Shown here in pieces: positions 1 through 7,880 of a DNA stretch of 26,902 bases. Below the pieces are notes generated by a model that was not told where the DNA came from, did no database searches, and saw only the letters and a list, made by a program, of their open reading frames with translations. The stretch covers positions 1 through 26,902 of IMG/VR virus record IMGVR_UViG_3300026368_000002. One strand, 5' to 3'. The stretch comes from a virus (taxonomy: Duplodnaviria; Caudoviricetes). Positions within the stretch are counted from its first letter, which is position 1. Each line of letters begins with the position of its first letter. The translations under genes were made by a program, and so were the position numbers.

Positions 1-90
1 TCGGGCGTCACACAACGAAGAGCGTAGATTTGCGAGGTTAGCGGAAAACTACTTGTGGCCGATTCAAAACAAAAGGGTTATACTGGCGGA
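1..90 (+). promoter_or_regulatory. Repeat-proximal part of the CRISPR leader
   Basis: Non-coding and abuts repeat 1. Contains a TATACT -10-like hexamer at 79-84, the A-rich tract GATTCAAAACAAAAGGGTTA, and GGTTAGCGGAA (36-46), a degenerate copy of the leader inverted-repeat arm at 26754-26764. Confidence 0.75.
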
Positions 91-95
91 GTAGC
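1..95. repeat. Terminal direct repeat, left copy (identical to 26808-26902); probable circular-contig overlap
   Basis: tcgggcgtcacac...tggcggagtagc occurs identically at both window ends (95 bp). Confidence 0.95.
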
Positions 96-1629
96 AACGT
101 GGTTTGAGTGCATCGCGTAGATGCAACATTCTGAAAATCTGAACCGCCATCGCTACTCCCTCACGTAGCAACGTGGTTTGAGTGCATCGCGTAGATGCAA
201 CCATCCACCTTGTACGGTCCCATCAAGGCTGCTTGGTAGCAACGTGGTTTGAGTGCATCGCGTAGATGCAACGCTTCCTCTGATGAGGAATCTTGGTGGC
301 TGACTCGTAGCAACGTGGTTTGAGTGCATCGCGTAGATGCAACATGCGCGAATTCTTTGCCCGCACGCTTCACCCACGTAGCAACGTGGTTTGAGTGCAT
401 CGCGTAGATGCAACGTCTCTCCAGCAGGCGATGCCAGCCGGATTATCCGTAGCAACGTGGTTTGAGTGCATCGCGTAGATGCAACATTGCCCACGCAGCA
501 GCGATACTGCTTGGCGATCGTAGCAACGTGGTTTGAGTGCATCGCGTAGATGCAACTCAAAGGTGAGCCAAGCCATATAACGCGGCGTGAGTAGCAACGT
601 GGTTTGAGTGCATCGCGTAGATGCAACTGGAGTCGGCACAAATTTCTCAGTCCTGCGCCGCGCGTAGCAACGTGGTTTGAGTGCATCGCGTAGATGCAAC
701 GCGTCGGGGCGGGTCCAGCGAACGCGCCAGAGCTGTAGCAACGTGGTTTGAGTGCATCGCGTAGATGCAACTTGATGGTCGTCCTGTACGACTTCTACCC
801 ACACCACGTAGCAACGTGGTTTGAGTGCATCGCGTAGATGCAACGACTGCTCCCTGGTTCACTATTCCCCCAGTCCACGTAGCAACGTGGTTTGAGTGCA
901 TCGCGTAGATGCAACATGCGCTGCGCAAGTTATAAGTTATGACATACTAGTAGCAACGTGGTTTGAGTGCATCGCGTAGATGCAACTCTCCGGCATCGCT
1001 CATCTCAATTTCCTCGTTCTGGTAGCAACGTGGTTTGAGTGCATCGCGTAGATGCAACCTTTGCTGAACGAATCAAAGACCAACCCCCGCCGCGGTAGCA
1101 ACGTGGTTTGAGTGCATCGCGTAGATGCAACCCTTCTACAGCAACTCCGCTGTCGGTTGATAATTGTAGCAACGTGGTTTGAGTGCATCGCGTAGATGCA
1201 ACATGTTCCTCCTTCGATGAAGTTGGGGGACTTCACCGTAGCAACGTGGTTTGAGTGCATCGCGTAGATGCAACGATCCTGGATGTGCGGCAAGACTCGC
1301 GTGGCTGGGTAGCAACGTGGTTTGAGTGCATCGCGTAGATGCAACTTCTGATCTTGCTGGTTTGCTATTTTCTCGGACGTAGCAACGTGGTTTGAGTGCA
1401 TCGCGTAGATGCAACCATAGGGAACAACGACGCTGTTCCAACGATTTTCGTAGCAACGTGGTTTGAGTGCATCGCGTAGATGCAACTGGTTCCCTAGTAC
1501 GAAACGCAAAGCAAGGCTGTGTAGCAACGTGGTTTGAGTGCATCGCGTAGATGCAACAAGACTTCTATAGGCAAGCCACGACTGCAATGCTTGTAGCAAC
1601 GTGGTTTGAGTGCATCGCGTAGATGCAAC
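91..1629 (+). CRISPR. CRISPR array 1: 22 identical 37-bp repeats GTAGCAACGTGGTTTGAGTGCATCGCGTAGATGCAAC and 21 spacers of 33-37 bp
   Basis: Counted directly: repeats start at 91, 165, 236, 307, 378, 449, 520, 591, 664, 735, 808, 879, 950, 1022, 1095, 1166, 1238, 1309, 1379, 1450, 1521 and 1593. The repeat has a 3' hairpin TGCATC-GCGTA-GATGCA followed by AC. Orientation is inferred from the leader on the left. Confidence 0.98.
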
Positions 1630-1640
1630 CAGTGATTGAG

Positions 1641-1817
1641 CTACGCCACTTTCTTCTTTGGGCGTCCGCCAAAATAATGATCGCGAGGGTGACTTTTCGC
1701 CGCCAGCTTTGAGAAATATTCCGTGCCCTTCTTGCGCACCAAATTTTTGCCAGCGATGGCAGCAATTTTTTTGTAAAAATCCGGATCGGCTTTGGTTAAC
1801 TTGGTTTTCTTTTCCAT
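1641..1817 (-). CDS. Small basic protein with KGG/general-stress-like repeats
   Basis: Tandem DPDFYKKIAAIAGK and GTEYFSKLAAKS motifs resemble the KGG (stress-induced, YciG-like) repeat. Start codon uncertain (1817 or 1835). Confidence 0.6.
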   Translation of the reverse strand: MEKKTKLTKADPDFYKKIAAIAGKNLVRKKGTEYFSKLAAKSHPRDHYFGGRPKKKVA

Positions 1818-1998
1818 GCGCGCAGCATAGGACAAACCCCGCTTTGCGTCTACTCTAATTTTACCGTAGACAAAAAAAGCAATTCGGACTATTCATCAAT
1901 TTATAGAGACACATGCCCCCCGCAAGGGAACAAGCAATGGCTCAAGCCTGGCAATGGCTTGAGCCATTGCCGTTTTTAAACCTTCGGGAGAGATTGAC

Positions 1999-3048
1999 AT
2001 GTCGGACAGCATTGTTCCGTCCATCGATAAAATTACGCCCAAGGCCAAACAACGTCAGCAGATCCACGTCTCTGCGCTGAATATGGCAGCAGATTGCGGC
2101 CAGCGTTTTCTTTTCCGTTACATCCTTGGCATCAAGTCGCCGCCCAACGCATTTTTGCTGGTGGGAAAATCCACGGACGAATCGGTGACGCAGGATCTCG
2201 ACCACAAGATCGAGACAGGGGAGTTGTTAAAGCGCGACGACGTGCTTGCCATTTCTGCAGCCAAGTTTGAGCAGGAGCAGAAAAACGAGCCCATTGAACT
2301 TGATCCGGACGAGAAAAAAGAAGGGAAAAGTCTGGACCAGGTATTGGGCGAAGCAAAGGACAAGGCGATTTCTTTGTCCGGTCTGCACCACGATGAAGCG
2401 GCGCCGAAAATTCAGGCTGTGCGTACGCGGCGTAAATTCTCCGTGGACATGGACGCTTTTTTACGGTCGCGGGCCAAAGAATTGCACGCGTCGGCAGAAG
2501 CGACGCCCGACAAATACGCAGCCAAGATCCTTCATGCGCAAGCGCGGTCATTAAATGCAGCCGCACGCTCAGGAGTTGATTTTGTGGGCGAACAGGACGT
2601 ACAGGAAATTGTGCATGAGGGCGATAAAGAACTGCTTGTCATCCGCGACACAAAAACGTCCGCTAAATCGCCCATTCCGTCATACATGGACGGGAACAAT
2701 AAAGCGGGCACGGCCGATGATTCTAATCAGTTAACTGCTTACGCGACAGCCTGCCACGTTTTGGACGGAAAATTGCCCGACAAAATGATTCTTGATTATT
2801 TGGTCCGCACCAATGCCGCAAAGCCGACATTGAAATACGTGCCGACAGCCACGACGCGCAGCATGGACGACGTGCAGGTATTTTTAAACCGCTTCACAAA
2901 TTTGATCCACGCCATGAAAACTGGCGTCTTTGTGCCGGCCAATCAGAGCTGGTGGGGTTGCGAAAGTAAGTGGTGTGGATATTACCAAATCTGCTCGTAT
3001 GTAAGACATCCCGTGTTGGTGCAGATTGGCACAGGAATAGCCAAATGA
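1999..3048 (+). CDS. PD-(D/E)XK nuclease of the Cas4/AddB/RecB-like family, probable Fe-S exonuclease
   Basis: N-terminal HVSAL...DCGQRF (Cys1), GEQD...RDTKT catalytic motifs, QLTAY (QxxxY), and C-terminal CESKWCGYYQIC (three Cys). RBS GGGAG upstream. Confidence 0.85.
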   Translation: MSDSIVPSIDKITPKAKQRQQIHVSALNMAADCGQRFLFRYILGIKSPPNAFLLVGKSTDESVTQDLDHKIETGELLKRDDVLAISAAKFEQEQKNEPIELDPDEKKEGKSLDQVLGEAKDKAISLSGLHHDEAAPKIQAVRTRRKFSVDMDAFLRSRAKELHASAEATPDKYAAKILHAQARSLNAAARSGVDFVGEQDVQEIVHEGDKELLVIRDTKTSAKSPIPSYMDGNNKAGTADDSNQLTAYATACHVLDGKLPDKMILDYLVRTNAAKPTLKYVPTATTRSMDDVQVFLNRFTNLIHAMKTGVFVPANQSWWGCESKWCGYYQICSYVRHPVLVQIGTGIAK

Positions 3049-3536
3049 CGGATGAAGAAAGATTTTGGTCAAAAGTTGACAAAAATGGGCCAATTCCAAA
3101 ATCTTGTCCCGAGCTGGGTGCGTGTTGGATATGGACGGCGTCAAAAACTCGTGGCGGGTACGGGAAGTTTCGTATGTCTAATCCGCGACGGTATGTGAAA
3201 ACCCATCGGCATTCGTTTTTCTTGGCGCATGGTTATCAGGCGCAAAACGCGTGCCACCATTGCGACAATCCATCTTGCTGCAATCCCGCTCATTTATTTG
3301 ACGGAACAAATAGCGACAATATGCGCGATTGCGTCAGAAAAGGCCGCGCTCGAAAAGTTTGGCCTAAAGGTGAAAACAGTTCGGCAGCCAAGTTAACTGC
3401 GCTTCAAGTTGCAGAAATTCGTCGCTTGCGCAGGTCTGGTCTTTTTTTGAAAGACATCGCGGCTCGCTATGGCGTCGTATACCAAACCATTCAACGAATT
3501 ATCGAGGGCAAGTCGTGGAGGGAATCCAATGGCTGA
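3045..3536 (+). CDS. HNH endonuclease with C-terminal HTH (phage homing-type)
   Basis: RFWSKVDK, CWIWTA, GYGKF, HRHSF and CHHCDNPSCCNPAHLFDGTNSDN motifs, plus a C-terminal AKLT...IAARYGV HTH. ATGA overlap with the upstream stop. Confidence 0.9.
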   Translation: MTDEERFWSKVDKNGPIPKSCPELGACWIWTASKTRGGYGKFRMSNPRRYVKTHRHSFFLAHGYQAQNACHHCDNPSCCNPAHLFDGTNSDNMRDCVRKGRARKVWPKGENSSAAKLTALQVAEIRRLRRSGLFLKDIAARYGVVYQTIQRIIEGKSWRESNG

Positions 3537-4629
3537 AACAGCGATGATGGTTGCAAAAACGCAGGGCATGACGGTCGTTAATCAGGACTGGGAGCGACCG
3601 GAAAACCTTGAGCTGATCAAGCAGACGGTGGCTCCAGGGCTGTCCGATCCTGAATTCATGATGTTTTGCCACGTGGCGCGTGTGCGGCATCTTGATCCGC
3701 TTCAAAAGCAAATCTATGCCATCAAGCGGCGCACATGGAATGCGGAAACTGGCCAATATGAAGATCGAATGGTGCTTCAGGTAGGTATTGACGGTTTTCG
3801 TTCGATCGCCAATCGTACTGGCCTGTATATGCCGTCTGACAGACTGCCGCTGGTGGAAGGACAGGGGACAGAAAATCTCCGCGTGACAGTGTGGGTGCAA
3901 AAGTGGCATGAAATGTCCGGGCAGTGGAAGGAATTCGGCGCGACTGCATATTACCGGGAATTTGTGCAAACCAAAAAGAATAAGGCCACCGGCAAGTTGG
4001 AGCCTGTTTCTCAATGGGAAAAAATGCCTCTGGCGCAAACGGAAAAGTGCGCCGAGATCAAGGCCATTCGCCGCGGCTGGCCCGAAGAATTGGGGCAGTT
4101 CTACACCCCGGAGGAAGTGTCGTCAACGATTGACGTAGATCCGGTGCCACAAGAAAAGCCAAAACTGGACAAGATCCGGCGTGACCTAGGCACGCTCAAG
4201 GTGTCTTCTGAGCCCAATCGCGGCCATGGGCATGAAGGGACGCAGCGAACGGCTGAGCAAGCATCGCGAGCGCCAGAGCAGGAAATTTGTGCGGAATGCC
4301 GTACGCTGAACGGCCACGCAGCCGATTGTTCATTGAACAAGAAAAATACGCAGAAGAAGCCCAGCAAGCGCGAGGCATGGGACACACAACCAGGCCATGA
4401 TCCCAAGACCCACATTCCGTTTGAAGACGGAATCACGCTGTTTGACATTCAGCGCCAGCTGAATTTGACGGATGATCAGGTTCGGGCGTTTCTTGACAAG
4501 GAGTTTGAAATTCAGCATCGCTACCTGATCCGCCAAGATCAATTTCAGGTTGTGCTTGACGCGATCCAAAAGGAATTTGGCGCGCAACCGAAAAAAAACG
4601 ACGATACTCCTGCTAACGGGTTGTTCTAG
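3529..4629 (+). CDS. bet: Phage recombination protein Bet / RecT-family ssDNA annealase
   Basis: LDPLQKQIYAIKR, QVGIDGFRSIANRTG and W.KMP..Q..KCAE..AIRRGWPEEL..FYTPEE are typical Bet motifs. RBS GGAGG; overlaps the HNH stop. Confidence 0.85.
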   Translation: MAETAMMVAKTQGMTVVNQDWERPENLELIKQTVAPGLSDPEFMMFCHVARVRHLDPLQKQIYAIKRRTWNAETGQYEDRMVLQVGIDGFRSIANRTGLYMPSDRLPLVEGQGTENLRVTVWVQKWHEMSGQWKEFGATAYYREFVQTKKNKATGKLEPVSQWEKMPLAQTEKCAEIKAIRRGWPEELGQFYTPEEVSSTIDVDPVPQEKPKLDKIRRDLGTLKVSSEPNRGHGHEGTQRTAEQASRAPEQEICAECRTLNGHAADCSLNKKNTQKKPSKREAWDTQPGHDPKTHIPFEDGITLFDIQRQLNLTDDQVRAFLDKEFEIQHRYLIRQDQFQVVLDAIQKEFGAQPKKNDDTPANGLF

Positions 4630-4762
4630 CAGCTGGTGCGTCCAAGGTAAAATGCAGGGGTTTATTGCATTTTTCCATGGGCGCACAAAATTTTGTGGGA
4701 GAAAAAGCGCAAAGAAGCGATAGACTTTTTGCGTATTAAAAATAGCATCAAGGAGTACGTCT

Positions 4763-5104
4763 ATGCGCATGTTGGACCAGTCCGAGGCCTTTCCCAAGAA
4801 GGTCAACATCAGTAAGTACCAACCTCTGATCGATTCTGCGTTGAAAGCATCGAACGGAAAGGACGGCCTGCCACGAGTCGTTATTGAAGACTTTCCGGAC
4901 GCAAAAGCAGCCGATAAAGCGGCCAATGCGATTCGAAGCCGTACTCAAAACGACATTCCTCGTCTGAAAGTGTCGTGTCCGGTAGGCTCCAAAACCGTTT
5001 CCATCTATAGAACAGACGAGCCGCGCCGGAAGCGCAAGAAGCGGGAACCTGTTCCTGTTAAGCCGGAAACGCCCGACACGCCTCCCGCGCCCGAGGCTGA
5101 GTAG
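4763..5104 (+). CDS. Hypothetical protein
   Basis: 113-aa ORF with a strong RBS (AAGGAG) and a downstream terminator. Confidence 0.7.
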   Translation: MRMLDQSEAFPKKVNISKYQPLIDSALKASNGKDGLPRVVIEDFPDAKAADKAANAIRSRTQNDIPRLKVSCPVGSKTVSIYRTDEPRRKRKKREPVPVKPETPDTPPAPEAE

Positions 5105-5172
5105 TTGCCAATGCCCAGCTGTAATGCAGATTGGCAGTGACGCTCAGAGCCGTAAGTTGGGCGTCACTGGCC

Positions 5173-5200
5173 AGCAGTCCAGATTCTGGACTGCTTTTTA
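5173..5200 (+). terminator. Rho-independent terminator
   Basis: AGCAGTCCAG-ATT-CTGGACTGCT stem followed by a T-run. Confidence 0.8.
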
Positions 5201-5398
5201 TTCTAACGGATCAGTTTCATACTCAATAATTCTTGCCTTATACTGTGCATTTTTGCTTTATCTAAACGTTTTCCACAGTTTTTCATCTTTTTAGTCATTT
5301 TTATGTTGACGAGTGTTGCGTTTCGGTTCAAAAAGGGCTACGTTGTTGAAACCAGCCAAAATGAGACATGCTCGGTTGGAGGTACTAGGGGGTTTGCT

Positions 5399-5677
5399 AT
5401 GGAGATTCAACAACTTAATCAACCACTGGAGCCTTTGGTCGGTGCCGAAGAAGCAGCCGAATATCTTGGATTTTCTGCACTTACGGTTCGCCGTATGGCA
5501 CATGAGGGACGTTTGCCTTCCATTGCGTTTCCAGTTGGGAGGACAGGCAAGTTCACGCACCGTTTCCGCTTTTCAGAATTGAAAGCATATTTGAGCACGT
5601 TGGAACGTCAGCCAATACCGATCTCAGTCGTTGCCCCAACGACAATTACTGCACCGGAGAGCCATGCGAATCTCTAA
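5399..5677 (+). CDS. Excisionase-like HTH (MerR/HTH_17-type) DNA-binding protein
   Basis: LVGAEEAAEYLGFSALTVRRMAHEGRLPS...HRFRFSELKAYL; located just upstream of the integrase. Confidence 0.8.
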   Translation: MEIQQLNQPLEPLVGAEEAAEYLGFSALTVRRMAHEGRLPSIAFPVGRTGKFTHRFRFSELKAYLSTLERQPIPISVVAPTTITAPESHANL

Positions 5678-6013
5678 AAAACGTCGGCGGGTGCATCCTT
5701 GCAACCGCCGACATTTCTATCTAAAAACAGCTTTTTGAGCTTTTGTTTGCAAACGAGGTACATTTGTGGTCATTTTTTTATAGACGAATATAAGATAATT
5801 GTTTTCATATAGATTGGAACTCGTGAAGGGCAGCCAATTACCTGTTTTTCCCCTCTTACAACCTAAACTTATCTCGACCTACCTCGACGTATCTTCTGTT
5901 TTTCTCCCCATCTATCTTGTTTGAAATAATAAACTTACGATTTTTGCTGCTCGACTTTTTGCGACTTTTTGAGCGAAGAGACGCGATAGCGCTTTTCTGT
6001 AAGCACCTATTTA

Positions 6014-6097
6014 CTGTGAGCATCTTTTCGGTTATTGTTTGCAACATGCTCACACAGTCACTGTGAGCATGTTTGAAAGACAAAAAGATGCTCACAG
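6014..6097. promoter_or_regulatory. Four TGTGAGCAT boxes in nested inverted arrangement upstream of int (putative arm-type or autoregulatory sites)
   Basis: Perfect 15-bp IR at 6014-6028/6083-6097 and perfect 12-bp IR at 6043-6054/6062-6073 with a 7-bp spacer. Function is inferred from position. Confidence 0.6.
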
Positions 6098-6111
6098 CGG
6101 GAGATGCAAAG

Positions 6112-7359
6112 ATGGATAGTGAACTGTCGAATTTGAAGTGCGAAAAGGCCAAACCAGAGTCAAAACCCTACCGTCTAGCCGACAAAGGCGGCTTGGCTTT
6201 GCTTGTAACGCCTGAAGGCGGAAAAATCTGGCGTTGGCGGTACCGCTTTGATGGTCAAGCAAAACAAATGTCGATCGGTAAATACCCAGACACATCCCTA
6301 GCCCAGGCGCGTGTGAAGCATGCCGAAGCACGGGCGCTGCTGGCCAGTGGCGTCGACCCCATGGCCGTGCGCAAGGAAGCCAAGCAAGAGAAGCAGGCCG
6401 AGCTGGCCAAGGCAGAGGAAGAAGCCGCTCCGCAGATGACTTTCGAGGATCTGGTACGGAAGTGGTTTGTCTGGTGGAAGGCGGACAAGAATGAGCGGTA
6501 CGTTGCCAACGTGGAAAGTCGGCTTGAAGCCGATGTGATCACCCCCCTTGGCAAGAAAGACCCGGCCAAGATCACGCCGAGAGATTTGGTTGAACTTACT
6601 CAGGCTACGGACGCTCGTGGTGCCCGCGATGTTGCCCGACGCAACCTGCAATTTATTCGCATGATTTTTAAGTGGGGAAAGATTCACAACTACCTAGATC
6701 AGAATGTTCTGAATCCGGCATCCGACATTGATCCCAAGATGATCTTGTCAAAGGCCGTGTCTACAAAGTATTGCCACCTGGATATTGAAGAGGTTCCGGA
6801 ACTGTTGCGCCGGATGCGTGATTACAATGGCAGCCCTTTGACGCGAAATGCGATGGAACTGCTTAGCCTGACTTTTGTGCGCACTGGAGAGTTGATTGCT
6901 GCGCGGTGGGACGAGATCGACTGGAAGAATCGACGCTGGAATCTTCCTAAGGAACACATGAAAATGAAGTTGCCGCATATTGTGCCGCTCAGCAAACAGG
7001 CTTTGGCGTTGCTGGAACGGTTGCACGACATTAGTGGTGATTCAGGGCGACTTTTTCCAGACTTTAACGGCGGAAATGGAACAATGTCCAACAATACTAT
7101 TCTAAAAGGATTGGAGAGGATGGGATACAAAGGCCGCATGACTGGCCATGGTTGGAGACACATTGCAAGCACTTATCTGCGTGGCCAGCACTTTGACAAA
7201 TATTGGGTCGAGGCGCAATTGTCGCACAAGGAAGCTGGCGTGGCAGGCGTATATAACGAGGCAGAATGGCTGCCCGAGCGCGAAAAAATGATGCAGTTTT
7301 GGGCAGATTTTTTGGACGAGTGCCGCAGCAGGAAAAAGCAAGAAAAACCCGCCGCGTAA
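6112..7359 (+). CDS. int: Tyrosine integrase, P4-like, with N-terminal arm-DNA-binding domain
   Basis: KAKP..KPYRLADKGGLALLVTPEGGKIWRWRYR...SIGKYP..SLAQAR N-terminus. Catalytic motifs FVRTGE, MKMK..HIVPLS, HGWRH, QLSH and VYN are all present. The start could be 6088 or 6112. Confidence 0.95.
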   Translation: MDSELSNLKCEKAKPESKPYRLADKGGLALLVTPEGGKIWRWRYRFDGQAKQMSIGKYPDTSLAQARVKHAEARALLASGVDPMAVRKEAKQEKQAELAKAEEEAAPQMTFEDLVRKWFVWWKADKNERYVANVESRLEADVITPLGKKDPAKITPRDLVELTQATDARGARDVARRNLQFIRMIFKWGKIHNYLDQNVLNPASDIDPKMILSKAVSTKYCHLDIEEVPELLRRMRDYNGSPLTRNAMELLSLTFVRTGELIAARWDEIDWKNRRWNLPKEHMKMKLPHIVPLSKQALALLERLHDISGDSGRLFPDFNGGNGTMSNNTILKGLERMGYKGRMTGHGWRHIASTYLRGQHFDKYWVEAQLSHKEAGVAGVYNEAEWLPEREKMMQFWADFLDECRSRKKQEKPAA

Positions 7360-7575
7360 CAGCCAAAATTTACCAAAAACCAAGCCGGACACGATGAAAA
7401 ACCCCATCGTGAGCCGGCATTTTTCTGGACTTTTAAATTCATTTAGAACCTATCTCGACTTATAGTCTTAGTTTTAAAAATCGCTCTTGCAAACCTAAAA
7501 AAAGCGAGAATAATCACGGTAGTTTCGTTGCGTTGGAGTTGCGGAGCGCGAAACAAATACTGCGAGGAACACCAA

Positions 7576-7788
7576 ATGAAGAAGACAACAACCCTCCCAG
7601 GGCTGCCAGCAATTTTGCGCAGAAAGCAAGTTATTGCAATGGTTGGATTGAGCGCAAGCACAATTTACACCCTTGAAAAAGCAGGTTCCTTTCCGCATCG
7701 AGTCAAGCTCAGTGTGCGTGCCATGGGGTGGCTGTCTGCCGACATTGAACGGTGGCTGGCTGATCGAGCCGCAGAGAGAGCCGCGTAA
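7576..7788 (+). CDS. alpA: AlpA-family phage regulator / recombination directionality factor
   Basis: ILRRKQVIAMVGLSASTIY...GSFPHRVKLS.RAMGW...DIERWL; RBS GAGG. Confidence 0.9.
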   Translation: MKKTTTLPGLPAILRRKQVIAMVGLSASTIYTLEKAGSFPHRVKLSVRAMGWLSADIERWLADRAAERAA

Positions 7789-7880
7789 CTCCAAACTTTC
7801 ATTTCAGCCTTTCTTCGTCTCTCGATCTTCGAGTGGCTAGGGATTCGTTGCGCATTTTTTGCAATGCAAAAGAAAAGGCA

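Noticed and set aside
128-1592. Self-targeting of array-1 spacers within the element
   Set aside because: I saw no full-length match by eye. An exhaustive alignment could not be run, so partial matches are not excluded.
153-1765. Long minus-strand ORFs with repeated peptides (LHLRDALKPRCY and similar)
   Set aside because: These are translations of the CRISPR repeat and are not genes.
1999-3048. Calling the nuclease a bona fide cas4 and the locus a complete CRISPR-Cas system
   Set aside because: There is no cas1, cas2 or effector gene, and its operon with HNH and Bet favours a phage recombination exonuclease.
5683-5712. Hairpin containing GTGCATC..TGCAAC, resembling the repeat handle or an anti-repeat
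   Set aside because: Similarity is short and the inner stem and loop differ. It is better explained as a terminator-like hairpin after the excisionase-like gene.
5813-5840. Possible tRNA-like 3' end (…GAAGGGCAGCCA) as an attP core
   Set aside because: There is no valid T-arm (no GTTCRA) or acceptor-stem geometry. No tRNA was found in the window.
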